Of a stretch of 64,000 bases of DNA, positions 31,143 through 41,820 are shown one piece after another. Numbering within the stretch: the first letter of the stretch is position 1; every line of letters begins with the position of its first letter. Position numbers and translations under genes: made by a program. A model generated the notes under the pieces. The model did no database searches. It was not told the DNA's origin and saw nothing but the letters and a program-made list of their open reading frames with translations. Source of the stretch: a candidate division FCPU426 bacterium (GTDB taxonomy: Bacteria > Oederibacteriota > Muellerivitia > Muellerivitales > Muellerivitaceae); the NCBI GenBank assembly GCA_963771075.1, contig CAVYSE010000024.1, positions 1-64,000 on the forward strand, in the 5' to 3' direction.

Positions 31143-32195
31143 ATGAAAAACGCGAAAAGACTTCTGCCATTTGTGTTTGGATCAATGTTGCTGGCCGGTT
31201 GCGGGGGTAACAAACAGGCTTCCTATCCCATCAAAATCGGCCTTTCCATGGATACCCTTCGGGCGCCCCGCTGGGCCCAAGACCGGGACATCCTCACCGC
31301 CAAGTGCAACGAGCAGGGAGTAGGGGTGCTAGTTCAGTCGGCTGACTCCAACGACGCCCTCCAGAATTCCCAGGCCGAAAACCTCCTCACCCAGGGCATC
31401 AAGTGCATGGTGGTCATTCCCCACAACGCCAAGAGCTGCGCTTCCATCGTGGAAGCGTGCCACAAGCTGGGCGTGCCCGTCCTTTCCTATGACCGACTAA
31501 TCCTTGACAGCGACGTGGACGCCTATGTGTCCTTCGACAACATCAAAGTGGGCGAGATGCAGGCCTCGGCGCTTGTCCATCTCAAACCCAAGGGCAATTA
31601 CGTGCTGATGGGCGGTGCCCCCACCGATTACAACGCCATCCTATTCCGCAAGGGCCAGCGAAATGTCCTTGACCCGCTTGTGAAAAAAGGCGATATCAAG
31701 ATCGTGGGCGACCAATGGGCCGACGATTGGCTGGCGGTCAATGCCCTGAAGAAAATGGAAAACATCCTCACCATGAACAACAACAAGATAGACGCGGTGG
31801 TGGATTCCTACGACGGAACGGCGGGCGGGGATATCCAGGCCCTGACCGAGCAGGGCTTGGCAGGCAAGGTGGCCGTATCGGGCCAGGACGCAGAGCTGGC
31901 TGGGTGCCAGCGCATCGTGGCGGGCACCCAGTCCATGACCGTTTACAAACCCGTTAAGTATCTGGCGGCTGAGGCTGCGGAGATCGCGGTGAAACTGGCC
32001 AAGGGAGAGCCTTTACCCGCGGCCAAGACCACGACCAACAACAATAAAAAGGATGTGCCCAGTTATTTCCTCGACCCCATCGCGGTCACCAAGGACAATA
32101 TGGTCAGTTCCGTCATCGCCGACGGCTTCCAAAAGATGGAAGACGTTTATAAGGATGTCCCGAAGGATCAATGGCCCCAAAACGCGAAGCCCTAA
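31143..32195 (+). CDS. XylF-like sugar ABC substrate-binding lipoprotein (second copy)
   Basis: LAG|C lipobox; RW..DRD, YDRLI, SFDN.KVG, GGAPTD.NA, SGQDA, QSMTVYKP; paralog of 44819..45826. Confidence 0.88.
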   Translation: MKNAKRLLPFVFGSMLLAGCGGNKQASYPIKIGLSMDTLRAPRWAQDRDILTAKCNEQGVGVLVQSADSNDALQNSQAENLLTQGIKCMVVIPHNAKSCASIVEACHKLGVPVLSYDRLILDSDVDAYVSFDNIKVGEMQASALVHLKPKGNYVLMGGAPTDYNAILFRKGQRNVLDPLVKKGDIKIVGDQWADDWLAVNALKKMENILTMNNNKIDAVVDSYDGTAGGDIQALTEQGLAGKVAVSGQDAELAGCQRIVAGTQSMTVYKPVKYLAAEAAEIAVKLAKGEPLPAAKTTTNNNKKDVPSYFLDPIAVTKDNMVSSVIADGFQKMEDVYKDVPKDQWPQNAKP

Positions 32196-32213
32196 TCCCT
32201 GGGTTTTGAATCA

Positions 32214-33050
32214 TTGAAGATCAAGAGGCCCAGATTGAATAAATGGTTGCGGTTCCTCTCCTTAATGGGTTGGGCTTTTATTATTTTTTGCTGCTTGGTA
32301 TCGCATTCCCGCGCCGAAACCAGCTCTACCACCGTTGAATTCCTTAAAAAGCTGAATGGTTATTATTACTGCCTTTCCCGGGCGGGCCTCAGCAATTACA
32401 GCTGTGATTTGACCTGTGCCTTGACCCCGAAGGCTGTAACGGAACTCACGGGGAGGAGGGCCTACGATCCGAAGGTCTGGAAGGGAGTGGAGGCTTTCAA
32501 GATTTCGGTTGTCGACGTCAGCGGGGTGCCGATCTCCATACTCGGCATCACGCCTCCCTCGACGGGGGACGCCGCCCTGGACGCGAAAGTTTCCCAGTTG
32601 GACAATGATGTCTTTGAGGCCGCCCAATCCTTTTTCCAGGCTTGGAAGGGGCTGGTCATGGAGCCCTTGAACGATCCATCGGACGCGAACCAGGGTAATT
32701 TGAAATTCGCGCGCAGTGAGGATGGATTCCAGGTGGTCCAAACCGATCCGGCGGGCGAGATAACGGCGGGGGTTTTCGATAAAAAGGGAAAGCTCTTGGT
32801 GCTGGATTCGGGAATCGGGCAGGCCAAGTCGGAGATACTGCCGAATTTCATTTATTCGGTAAAGGGCTACCTGCTTCGAAGTTTAAAGATCACGGCTCCG
32901 TTGGGAAGCCTGTCTTGCGTGATCGATTATGGCGTGCAGGGCAAGTTCTGGATGCCCAAAACCTTGGACATTCAGGTCCAAACCCCGGAAATTCCCAATG
33001 CCAACATTGAATTATTCTTCAAGGTTTCCAATTACCAAATCAACCAATAA
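32214..33050 (+). CDS. Secreted hypothetical protein
   Basis: Signal peptide SRA|; 278 aa; no recognised motif. Confidence 0.6.
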   Translation: MKIKRPRLNKWLRFLSLMGWAFIIFCCLVSHSRAETSSTTVEFLKKLNGYYYCLSRAGLSNYSCDLTCALTPKAVTELTGRRAYDPKVWKGVEAFKISVVDVSGVPISILGITPPSTGDAALDAKVSQLDNDVFEAAQSFFQAWKGLVMEPLNDPSDANQGNLKFARSEDGFQVVQTDPAGEITAGVFDKKGKLLVLDSGIGQAKSEILPNFIYSVKGYLLRSLKITAPLGSLSCVIDYGVQGKFWMPKTLDIQVQTPEIPNANIELFFKVSNYQINQ

Positions 33051-33062
33051 GTTATCCTGCGA

Positions 33063-35012
33063 TCATCGTGAAGAGTGACCGCCGATGCTGATCAGGTTTT
33101 CTTCCTTGAACGGTGAGGCGGGTAAGCCGTTCTTCCCGTATAGGTTAAAGGCCGGGTCGTCGCCCCATGCGTAACGGACGGCCCTGGGGTCCGAAACCGA
33201 TTTGCTCCAAACCTCTACGTAATTCTTTTCGATCTTGCCCTGGGCCGGCATGAACTTTCCGTCCAGTCCCGCCAGCTCAAACCCCTTTAACTCCCCGCCT
33301 TGGGATTGCAGGTCTTCCCCCGCGTTTCGGAAAAAGACAAGAACCCTTCCGTCTTCCAACTGGGCGTGGTCATAGACCGGGCTTAATTGGGCGCCCGGAA
33401 TATGGTAGGTGTCTGCCAAGGCGCATTGGGCCAAGCGGAATCCGACCTCTTTCTTGTTCTTGGGATGGATGTCCGTTTTATCACCCAGATCCAACAACAC
33501 TGCCATGCCATTGTGGGGTTCGCCCGCCATAAGCCTTTGTTGCTCCCGCAATTCACTCCACTCACCCGGCCCCTGCCAGGAAGTGGGGTTGTAGTTGGGC
33601 AATTGCGCGAGGATAAAGGGCATATCTTCGCGGCCCCAGGCCCTGCGCCAGCCTTCGACCATTGAATTCAAGAGGTCCCGGTATTCGCCCACGTGCACCG
33701 TATTGGCTTCGCCTTGGTACCAGATGACTCCCTGGATGGGAAAGGGGGTGTAGGGATGGATCATGCCGTTGTAGAGGGCGCAAGGAATCTCGATCAAGGG
33801 TTTGGGATCGACGCCGAAGGAAAGATGGGTAAGGGCGTCGGCGGTGAAAGGTTGGGCCTTTCCCCATCCCGATTGTTTGAGGTCGGAAAAAGCGATCCGG
33901 TAATGCTTCCAGGCCTTGGAGACCGGGAAAGACTCGGGAGTGCGGTAATTGTCCCAATCGGTGACCGTGGGTTGGGAAAGAAAGAGAATATATTTTCCAT
34001 CCCCCTTCCCGTCGAACTCGATGGCGTCATAAGCCGAAAGGTCGCCCGCCTTCCCTTGAAAGGCCAAGCTGGTCGTCATGAAACCCCAGGCATCCGTCAG
34101 GAAACTTCCGGTCATGCGGGGGCCTTCGGGGCTTAACTTGACCGAAAGGGAAGAACCATCCTTCACGCTGAAACCCCATGTCCCGGGTTTCAGCGTGACT
34201 CCGGCGGTTAAGGAAACATCCTTGGCTTGGAGGCTCAAGGGTTTTTGATTGGGATCTTTTGAGACGAACTTGAGATTGCGAACGGACAAATCGACCCCGA
34301 AACGGCCCTTTTGCCATTGGTTTCGATCCGAAGCGGATAGGGCATCCCACCTTTTCCAAACCGGTTTGAGGGCGGGGTCGGCTCGTAATTCCTGCTCAGG
34401 GGTCCAGCTTTCGGCGTAGGACCCGCCCCAACTGGCGGCGATCAAACCCACCGGAACCTTCAGGGATTCGCGCAGGGTTTTCCCGAAGTAATAGGCCACG
34501 GCGGAGAAGGGACCGGCCGTGCCAGGCCCGCAGACTTTCCATTCGCCCTGCGGTTCCTCCAGGGGTTTCGGGGACATGATGGGTTTTTGAAGAAAGAGCC
34601 GCATTTGTGGGTCGGCGGATTCGGCGATGGCCTTGTCCCTGTCCTTGGATTGATCGAGGCGAAATTCCATGTTCGATTGGCCGGAACCCAGCCATACCTC
34701 GCCCACCAGGACATCCGAGATCGTCACCGAGGATGAACCTTCAATGACCAATGGGTAAGGCCCTCCGGGGGTAAAGGCGGGAAGGCTGGTTTTCCACCGG
34801 CCCTTTTTATCGGCCTGCGTCGAGGCGGATTGGCCGTTCATGGAAATGGTGATCTTTTGTCCGGGTTGGTCCTTACCCCAGACCACCGCGGGTTTTCCCG
34901 CCTGGAATACCATGTGATCCCCGATCAGGGCGGGCAATTCCATTGTGGCTTGGGCCCAATTCGCGGTAATGGCCAAAGCACCCAAAATGAAAAATGTTTT
35001 CAAGCGCCGCAT
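33063..35012 (-). CDS. Sialate O-acetylesterase-family (SGNH) carbohydrate esterase with inserted CBM11/CIA30-like domain
   Basis: GEVWLGSGQSNME, FSAVAYYFG, SWGGS, LYNGMI.P, WYQGEAN, QLPNY, DIHP.NK, VRYAW. Confidence 0.88.
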   Translation of the reverse strand: MRRLKTFFILGALAITANWAQATMELPALIGDHMVFQAGKPAVVWGKDQPGQKITISMNGQSASTQADKKGRWKTSLPAFTPGGPYPLVIEGSSSVTISDVLVGEVWLGSGQSNMEFRLDQSKDRDKAIAESADPQMRLFLQKPIMSPKPLEEPQGEWKVCGPGTAGPFSAVAYYFGKTLRESLKVPVGLIAASWGGSYAESWTPEQELRADPALKPVWKRWDALSASDRNQWQKGRFGVDLSVRNLKFVSKDPNQKPLSLQAKDVSLTAGVTLKPGTWGFSVKDGSSLSVKLSPEGPRMTGSFLTDAWGFMTTSLAFQGKAGDLSAYDAIEFDGKGDGKYILFLSQPTVTDWDNYRTPESFPVSKAWKHYRIAFSDLKQSGWGKAQPFTADALTHLSFGVDPKPLIEIPCALYNGMIHPYTPFPIQGVIWYQGEANTVHVGEYRDLLNSMVEGWRRAWGREDMPFILAQLPNYNPTSWQGPGEWSELREQQRLMAGEPHNGMAVLLDLGDKTDIHPKNKKEVGFRLAQCALADTYHIPGAQLSPVYDHAQLEDGRVLVFFRNAGEDLQSQGGELKGFELAGLDGKFMPAQGKIEKNYVEVWSKSVSDPRAVRYAWGDDPAFNLYGKNGLPASPFKEENLISIGGHSSR

Positions 35013-35079
35013 GCGGAACCTCCAGGGTTAACTGTTTTTCAAATCATTGACCCGACGAAAGGAAGGGCAATGATCCCAT

Positions 35080-37290
35080 CTATTCAACTACCTCGACCGT
35101 ATCTTTCAGTTTTATATCCTCCGAGGAAGCGCCCACCAAAATCTCGACCTTGCCGGGCTCCACTTTCCAGGTTCCTTGGAAAACTCCGCCCTTCTCCTCG
35201 GCCCAATAGGCCAGGTCCGATCCCCGCAAAACGAATTGGACGGTTTGGTTCTCACCCGCGTTCAGGGTCACCCGCTTGAAGTTCCTCAATTGCTTCAGGG
35301 GCCTTTCCACCTTCGGATCCAAATACCTCACATAGAGCTGAACCACCTCGTCGCCTTCGCGCTGGCCTTGGTTGGATAGATCAAAGCTCAGGGTTACAGA
35401 ACCGTCCGACTTCAACTTAGGCGCGTCCACTTGAAGGTTGGCAAACCTAAAGTCCGTGTAGCTCAATCCGTACCCGAAGGGAAAGAGCGGTTTTTGCTTG
35501 AAATACATGTAGGTTCGGCCATGACGGATGTCGTAATCCATCATGGGGGGCAATTGGGCCATGGATTGGGGCCAGGTTTGGGTCAGCTTGCCCCCGGGGT
35601 TGAAATCACCGAAAAGGGCTCCCGCCAAGGCGGTGCCGGATTCCTGCCCGCTATGCGTCATGTGAAGGATGGCGGGAACATGGTTCACCGTCCAATCCAT
35701 GGTCGTGGGGAAGGAACAGATCAGGACCACGACCGTGCGGGGGTTCGCGGCCAAGACGGCTTGAACCAAGTCCTCGTGGCGCAATTCCATGCTGTCCCGG
35801 TCCAGTCCCTCCTTGCCTTCGGCTACCGAGTCCCGCTGGGCCCAGCCCCCGTTGCCCAGGGGATGGTTGCCCACGCAAACGATCGCCGCGTCGCAGGATC
35901 GGGCCAGCTTTTCCGCGGCCCCCTCTTTATCGTCCCGGGCAAATTCCACCCGGATGCCGGGTCCCAGGCGCTTTCGAATGCCTTCCAGGGGGGAAACGGT
36001 GTAAGGCGGGTCGCCCCCGTACCAATCGGCGATTACCTTGTCGGCATAGGGGCCAATGACCGCGATCGAATGGATGGTTTGGGGGTCGAGAGGCAGCAGG
36101 TTCTTGTCGTTTTTCAGCAAGACCACCGACTCTTGGGCCGCCTTCAGGGCCAAGGCCTTATGTTCCGGGCTTTCCCAGGGGTCCACCGTTCCAACCTTCT
36201 TGTAGGGCACCCTCTCCGGGGGGTCCAACTGGCCCAGGCGAATCATCACTCGGAATACCCCCCGCAACCTTTCATCCATCCGCGCTTCGGTCAAAAGGCC
36301 CTTGTGGATCGCCTCCCTCACCGGGCGGTCATACTTATCCAGGAACTGGTTGATGCCCGCCTTGACCGAATCGGCGGCGGCCGCGTCGATGTCCGTGTAG
36401 GTTTTATGCTCGTTCACCAGGTTGTGAAGGCCCCCGCCGTCGGTGCAGATGATGCTGTCGTGTTTCCACCCGTCGATGACCACCTTCCGGACAAAGGGAT
36501 TCACCTCGCATGGCACTCCGTTGACCGCGTTGTAGGCGGTCATCATGCCCTGTGCGTTGCCCTCCTGCATGGCCATGCGGAAGGGAACGGAGTAATACTC
36601 GCGGAAAAGTCGAGCATCGTAATTGGAAGAGGTATGGCCCCGGCCGTCCTCGTTGGAGTTGGATAGAAAATGCTTCAACAGGGAAGCGCATCGCAGGTAA
36701 TGGGGGTCGTCGCCCTGTAAGCCGCGGGTCATGGCGGTGGCCAGGGTGCCATTGAAGAAGGGGTCTTCGCCGAAGCATTCCTCGGTGCGGCCCCAGCGCG
36801 GGTCGCGACCCAGGTCGGCGTTAGGCGCCCGTACCACTAGGCCGCCCCGGCGGTACTTGGGGCTCTCCCATATATAACGCACTTCCGTCCCCTCGGCGGC
36901 GCCCACCTGGCGAACCAGTTCCGGGTCCCATGTCTCCCCTAGCCCATAGGCTTGGGGAAATTGGGTGGTCGATACCGGCATGCCCTCGCCCCACCCCCCC
37001 ACATCCCCCAGGGCCAGGCCGTGCAGGCCCTCTACTTGGCCCGTGCCCTGAACCCCCAAACGGGGAACGTCCGGCACGGTGCTTAGGCAGTGGATCTTTT
37101 CCTCGGTGGACATGAGCGAAAGAAGGTTGGTGATCCTTTTCTCGATATCCAGGTCAGGGTTTTGGAAGGGGTACATGTAGCCTTTGCCTTTCGCGCCTAT
37201 GGAAAGAAAAAAGATGCATAGGAAAGTGAGGCGAAGAAAAAGGGGGAAAAGGCCTGGGCCCTTTCCCCCGGGGTTGGAAGATTGACGCAT
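35080..37290 (-). CDS. GH3 beta-glucosidase/beta-xylosidase with Fn3-like C-domain
   Basis: EGLHG, RDPRWGRTEE.FGEDP, LKHF, MTAYN.VNG.P, ICTD, SVVLLKN, FPFGYGLSYT, GDEVVQLY. Confidence 0.93.
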   Translation of the reverse strand: MRQSSNPGGKGPGLFPLFLRLTFLCIFFLSIGAKGKGYMYPFQNPDLDIEKRITNLLSLMSTEEKIHCLSTVPDVPRLGVQGTGQVEGLHGLALGDVGGWGEGMPVSTTQFPQAYGLGETWDPELVRQVGAAEGTEVRYIWESPKYRRGGLVVRAPNADLGRDPRWGRTEECFGEDPFFNGTLATAMTRGLQGDDPHYLRCASLLKHFLSNSNEDGRGHTSSNYDARLFREYYSVPFRMAMQEGNAQGMMTAYNAVNGVPCEVNPFVRKVVIDGWKHDSIICTDGGGLHNLVNEHKTYTDIDAAAADSVKAGINQFLDKYDRPVREAIHKGLLTEARMDERLRGVFRVMIRLGQLDPPERVPYKKVGTVDPWESPEHKALALKAAQESVVLLKNDKNLLPLDPQTIHSIAVIGPYADKVIADWYGGDPPYTVSPLEGIRKRLGPGIRVEFARDDKEGAAEKLARSCDAAIVCVGNHPLGNGGWAQRDSVAEGKEGLDRDSMELRHEDLVQAVLAANPRTVVVLICSFPTTMDWTVNHVPAILHMTHSGQESGTALAGALFGDFNPGGKLTQTWPQSMAQLPPMMDYDIRHGRTYMYFKQKPLFPFGYGLSYTDFRFANLQVDAPKLKSDGSVTLSFDLSNQGQREGDEVVQLYVRYLDPKVERPLKQLRNFKRVTLNAGENQTVQFVLRGSDLAYWAEEKGGVFQGTWKVEPGKVEILVGASSEDIKLKDTVEVVE

Positions 37291-37300
37291 AGACCGCGCT

Positions 37301-39677
37301 TTAAAGAATGTATTTCACTTTAGGGGTCGCCCCCTTCACCACTTCCCAGCCGCTGCCGCGCCGGGCCATGACCACTTCCCTTGGTTTCGGGTCGTTTGGC
37401 AAGGCCATCAAGCCCTTGGCTTCCACGGCCTGGCCATAGGTTTTTAGTTCGATCTTGGACCAGTCGATGAATTGGGTCGATTGGGCCAGGGCGACATGGG
37501 GGATTACCGACCCGCCCTTGACCAGGATGACGCAGGGGATTTTCCCGGCCTGGATGGGGTGCCACTGGCCCCCCTTATAGGAAACGCCGGTTTGATAATC
37601 CACCCAGGTTCCGGGGGGCAGATATACATCCCGTTCCATTACCTGTTCCATCAGGGGCGCCACAAGGATATCCGACCCGAAAAGGTACTCATCCTCGATC
37701 AGCCAGCTGGTGTGGTCCTCGGGAAACTCGAAGAAGAGCGTTCGAAGCATGGGGAAGCCCTTGATGCTGCTATCCAAGGCCTGGGCGTAAACATAGGGCA
37801 TGAGCTTGTATTTCAATTCCACCGACAGGCGGAATTCATCCTCGAACTTCTTGCCGTAAACCCATGGTTCGCGGGGGAACATGCCGTGACAGCGGGTGTG
37901 GGAGGTCAAACAGCCAAAGGGGGTCCAACGGCGGTACAGTTGCTCCGAAGGGCCCTTCACGAAGCCCCCGATATCGTGGCTCCAGAAGCTGAATCCGCTT
38001 AACCCGAACGAAAGCCCGCCCCTCAAGGTGCTGGCCATCCCGCCGAAGCTGTCCTCGGCGTCACCGCCCCAATGCAGGGGGTAACGCTGGCGACCCTGCC
38101 CAGGCGCTGCGGGCCCAGATGATGTTCTCACCCGTGACTTCCCGGGAAATATCCGCCGCGGCCTTGTTGTAGCGCAGGGGGTATAGGTTGTGCTCTGCAA
38201 AACCCGTCTTGCCCGAGTGGTAGACGCCCTTCAGGGGCGCGCCCTCGCCGAAATCCACCTTGATGGCGCCTACGCCCATCTTGAGCAATCCCGCCAGGTT
38301 CTTCTGGTACCACTTCACGGTCTTGGGGTTGCTGAAATCCAAGGTGGCTTCCTCGGTGGGGAGCCCGCCCTTGCCGTCGGTGACCGCCAGGCCCTGGTCC
38401 AAAATCTCGGGGAAGAGGCGGTTCTTGGGGTTGAAGTAGGACAATTGCCAAAGGCTGATCTTGAAACCCTGCTTGGCCAGATCCTTGATCATCTTGAGCG
38501 GGTTCTTGAACCGGGTCGTGGAAAATTTGTAGTCACAGCGCCAGTCTTCCTCGAACCAGCCCGTATCCAGGTGCACCACGTCGGAAGGAATCTTGTCCGC
38601 ACGCAGTTTCTTCGCCACGTCCCGGGCTTCCTTTTCGCTCTTGTAGGTGCATTTGCTCATCCAAAGGCCGAAAGACCAGAGGGGAGGCATGGGGCTTCGG
38701 CCGGTCAGATTTGTATATTCGGAAAGCACTTCTTTCGGGCCGCCCAGGAAGATGAAAAGGTCCAGGTCCTCGTCGCCGGTGAAGAGGGTGGTGGTTTCGC
38801 CGTAGGCGTGGCCGAAATCGAAGGTGGCGGGCGCGGTGGTGTGCAGGAACATGCCGTATCCACGGTCACTCATGAAGAAGGGCACGGGTTTGTACATGCC
38901 GTCGTGCTGAACCCCATGGCAGTCGTAGGACCAAAGCACTACCTTCTGGCCCCGCTTGTTGAGGCGGGTGAAGGATTCGCCGCAACCGTAGATCTTCTCG
39001 CCGTTGGCCAGGCTGAAGGTGGCCGCGAATTTGCGGGTGAGCTCGGGCGTGGGGCGGATGAAGCAGAAGGGCAGGGGATCGGTATTGCGTAGGCTCTCAT
39101 TGTCTTTCAAGTGAATGGTTTTGGTGAGGAGTTTTCCCGCGGAATCACGTACTTCGATCGCCCAGGGGTTTTCCACGATGGTGACCGAACCGCATTTACT
39201 CTTATAGGTTATCTGCCTATTGGCGGTTTTACCTGAATCCTGACTTTTGCTTTTCTCTGTGCCTCTGTGTCTCTGTGGTGAGAATAGGTTGTTTGTGATG
39301 ACTTTCCATGGTTTTGTGGCCTTGGGTTCGCTTTTGAGCATTAGCGAGGGTTCGGGTTTCCTGGGGTATTTGCGGCCCCGCATGCGCAGGCGCAGGGTGC
39401 GGTCGCCGTAGAAGGTGATGGAGAAGGGAAAGGGGTCCTTTTCGCCGCCGTATTCGGCGGGGAATTCCCAAGGTGGGTTGGTGATCAGGTTGATCCCCTC
39501 TTGATTGAAGGCCATGCGCACCTTGTAGGCGTACCGGCCGAAGATAATATCCCCCTCTGCCTTGGCGGCGTTGAACCGGTTCAATTTCTCCGGTAAAAAA
39601 ACGGTGTTTTCCAGGTTGGAAAACTCCTTACTGACGTCCACCGGATGGTTCAACAGGTTGTAAGGATGTTCTTTCAT
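37301..39677 (-). CDS. GH31 alpha-xylosidase (YicI-like), frameshift at ~38090
   Basis: YG.GESF, YKPVPFF, PPLWSFGLW, HLDTGWF, IKVDFGE (nucleophile), WARS, HWGGD, WSHDIGGF, RCHG, EPW. Removing one C joins the two ORFs. Confidence 0.9.
39253..39282 (-). repeat. ACCACAGAG-ACACAGAG-GCACAGAG repeat embedded in frame in GH31
   Basis: Minus strand CTCACCACAGAGACACAGAGGCACAGAGAA, similar to the intergenic copy at 56665. Confidence 0.7.
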
Positions 39678-39718
39678 AACTGCTCCTTAAAAGTTATACA
39701 GCACGTCGAACTTCTAGA

Positions 39719-39823
39719 CTCATCGCTAAGGCGCAAAGAGTCTAAGAACAACAAAATTTGATTTGGAAAGTTTTAACCCTAATTTTGGTTTTGCCTTCCT
39801 TCGTGTCTTTGCGTCTTCGCGAT
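39719..39823. repeat. Inverted pair of short-period repeats
   Basis: ATCGCTAAGGCGCAAAGAGTCTAAG … CTTCGTGTCTTTGCGTCTTCGCGAT (imperfect reverse complements). Confidence 0.6.
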
Positions 39824-39834
39824 AATTCTTGAAG

Positions 39835-40920
39835 TTATCCTTTTTTTCTTCCCATCATGTCCAGCGCGACGGCAGTAATGAGGATACTTCCTTTAATTAT
39901 CGGTTGCCAGAAAGATTCAGTGTTCATCAGGCTCATGCCATTATCAATCGAAGCCATCATGAGCGCGCCCAAAAGCGCCCCCCAAACCGTGCCCCGTCCC
40001 CCCATCAGGGAAGTCCCGCCGATAACCGTGGCGGCAATGGCGTCCAGTTCCATCATGCGGCCCGCGTCCGAAGTGGCCGCCCCCACGCGCGCGGTTAAAA
40101 CGATTCCCGCCACGCCGCAGAGGGCGCCCATAAGAGTAAAAACCGCGACCAGATGTTTTTTAATGTTGATTCCTGAATAAAAGGCCGCTTCCCGGTTGCC
40201 CCCGATGGCGTAAAGGTGGCGCCCAAAGGGCGTTTGGGACGCCACGATGGAAAAGATCGCGGCCAAAACCAACATGATCAAGACTGGCACCGGCACCCCG
40301 TCATAGGCGCTCAAGATCATGGTAACTCCGAGGGCGAGGGCGGAAAGAAGTAGGGATTTCCAGCGGTTCGAACGGGCCTTGAACCCCTGGTAACAAAGAA
40401 TAAGGACTAAGATTCCGGCCAGCACCCAGCCGAGTGGTTTTGATAAGAAGGCTTGGCCCACGAAGAGGTAATCCGGGGTGGGGCTGATGGCGACACCCCC
40501 GGTCAGACCCAAAAGACTGCCCTGGTAAATCAGCATGCCACCCAGCGTGACGATGAAAGAGGGCATCTTGAACCAGGTCACGATATGGCCCTGAAGGTGG
40601 CCCAACAGGGCCCCCGCGCAAATCGTGGTGAGAAAAACTGTCCAGAGGGGCCAACTATGGTTGACAAAAAGAATGGCGGATAGGGCCCCTAAAAAGCCAG
40701 TCATGGCCCCGACAGACAGGTCGATCTCCGCGCAGACGATGACCAGCACCATGCCGATGGCCAGGATGGAGGTGCAGGACATCTGCCGCAGGAGCAGGGA
40801 AAGGTTCCTAGGCGTAACGAAAGTTCCGCCGGTTGTGGCGGTGAAGATGATCCAGATTAGGAGAAGCGCACCCAATAGGGTGAGCGCTCGCCAGGGGATG
40901 TTGGTTTTCAAGTCTTTCAT
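39835..40920 (-). CDS. xylH: Xylose-type ABC transporter permease
   Basis: PRNLS.L.RQ, EIDLSVG, PSFIVTLGG, T.FGRHLYAIGGN.EAA..SGI, ELDAIAA.VIGGTS..GG.G. Confidence 0.9.
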   Translation of the reverse strand: MKDLKTNIPWRALTLLGALLLIWIIFTATTGGTFVTPRNLSLLLRQMSCTSILAIGMVLVIVCAEIDLSVGAMTGFLGALSAILFVNHSWPLWTVFLTTICAGALLGHLQGHIVTWFKMPSFIVTLGGMLIYQGSLLGLTGGVAISPTPDYLFVGQAFLSKPLGWVLAGILVLILCYQGFKARSNRWKSLLLSALALGVTMILSAYDGVPVPVLIMLVLAAIFSIVASQTPFGRHLYAIGGNREAAFYSGINIKKHLVAVFTLMGALCGVAGIVLTARVGAATSDAGRMMELDAIAATVIGGTSLMGGRGTVWGALLGALMMASIDNGMSLMNTESFWQPIIKGSILITAVALDMMGRKKG

Positions 40921-41516
40921 TTTTTATCTCTTCTTTCAAAAAGTCTTTTAAGCAAGATTTTGGTTTTGGGGTTTTCCCTCATAAACCGATTGAAATAGGT
41001 TGAATATTTATCGAAGAGTTGAACTTTGAGGATTTCTTTGTAAGACAATTTGTAATTTTTCTCCCATTTGCCTGTGGCATCGTAAGCAAATATATGAAAA
41101 TAGTTCTTCTCCACACTAGTAATCGGTCCGATGTAAAGAGCGTTAATTTTTTTGAATTGAATTTCCACTACAGGCCATAGTTTCCGTCCGTAACATTCAC
41201 TTATTAGTTGTTGGACATCTTTTACTTTCTTTAGCCAAGACGGATGATTTCTTTTTTTAAATAATTTGAAACGAGAAAATATTTGAGCTAATGTTTTTTC
41301 AAATCCACCGTATCTTAAAAACTTTATTTGATGTGTGGGGAGAGCAACAACACCGTCGAAAACAAAATCATTGTCTACTTCAAGAAGGATCAAATCTCTT
41401 TGATAAGAGAGCATAATTCCATGATATTTATCGCCATCGTGGTGATGGGTAAAAAGGCAAACCGGTTTTTTAAGTTGACATAATTTTTTACATTTTTCAG
41501 TATTTAAACGAGCCAT
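40917..41516 (-). CDS. AT-rich hypothetical protein
   Basis: 199 aa, visibly lower GC than neighbours; purine-rich RBS; stop overlaps xylH start. Confidence 0.7.
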   Translation of the reverse strand: MARLNTEKCKKLCQLKKPVCLFTHHHDGDKYHGIMLSYQRDLILLEVDNDFVFDGVVALPTHQIKFLRYGGFEKTLAQIFSRFKLFKKRNHPSWLKKVKDVQQLISECYGRKLWPVVEIQFKKINALYIGPITSVEKNYFHIFAYDATGKWEKNYKLSYKEILKVQLFDKYSTYFNRFMRENPKTKILLKRLFERRDKK

Positions 41517-41538
41517 ATGTATTTTACCTTCCTCTCCC

Positions 41539-41646
41539 TCAAGCAGAGTTCAATGCAGCCGCAGCTAACAATTTTTCCGGTGTCGCATCCTGGTAGCCAA
41601 ACTCGGCCGTTATGCGGCGCTGGTTAAGAACAATCATTCGACCGCA
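41539..41646 (-). pseudogene. Diverged duplicate of the xylG 3' end
   Basis: Translates CGRMIVLNQRRITAEFGYQDATPEKLLAAAALNSA* versus xylG CHRMIVLNQGRMTAEFGYQDATPEKILEAAALS*. Confidence 0.85.
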
Positions 41647-41820
41647 TCCCTGCCAAAAGCAAAGGGACTTGGAAACACGTCATTTTAAGATAGTGAGGTC
41701 ATTTTTCGTGGTATATCTTCCAAATGGAAATCCTGAGAATATCTGAAGTTAATACGCCCTTCTTAATTGGCCAGGGATATCATGAGGAACGTTTTGGAAA
41801 ATCCTTGAAAGGTCTGAGTC

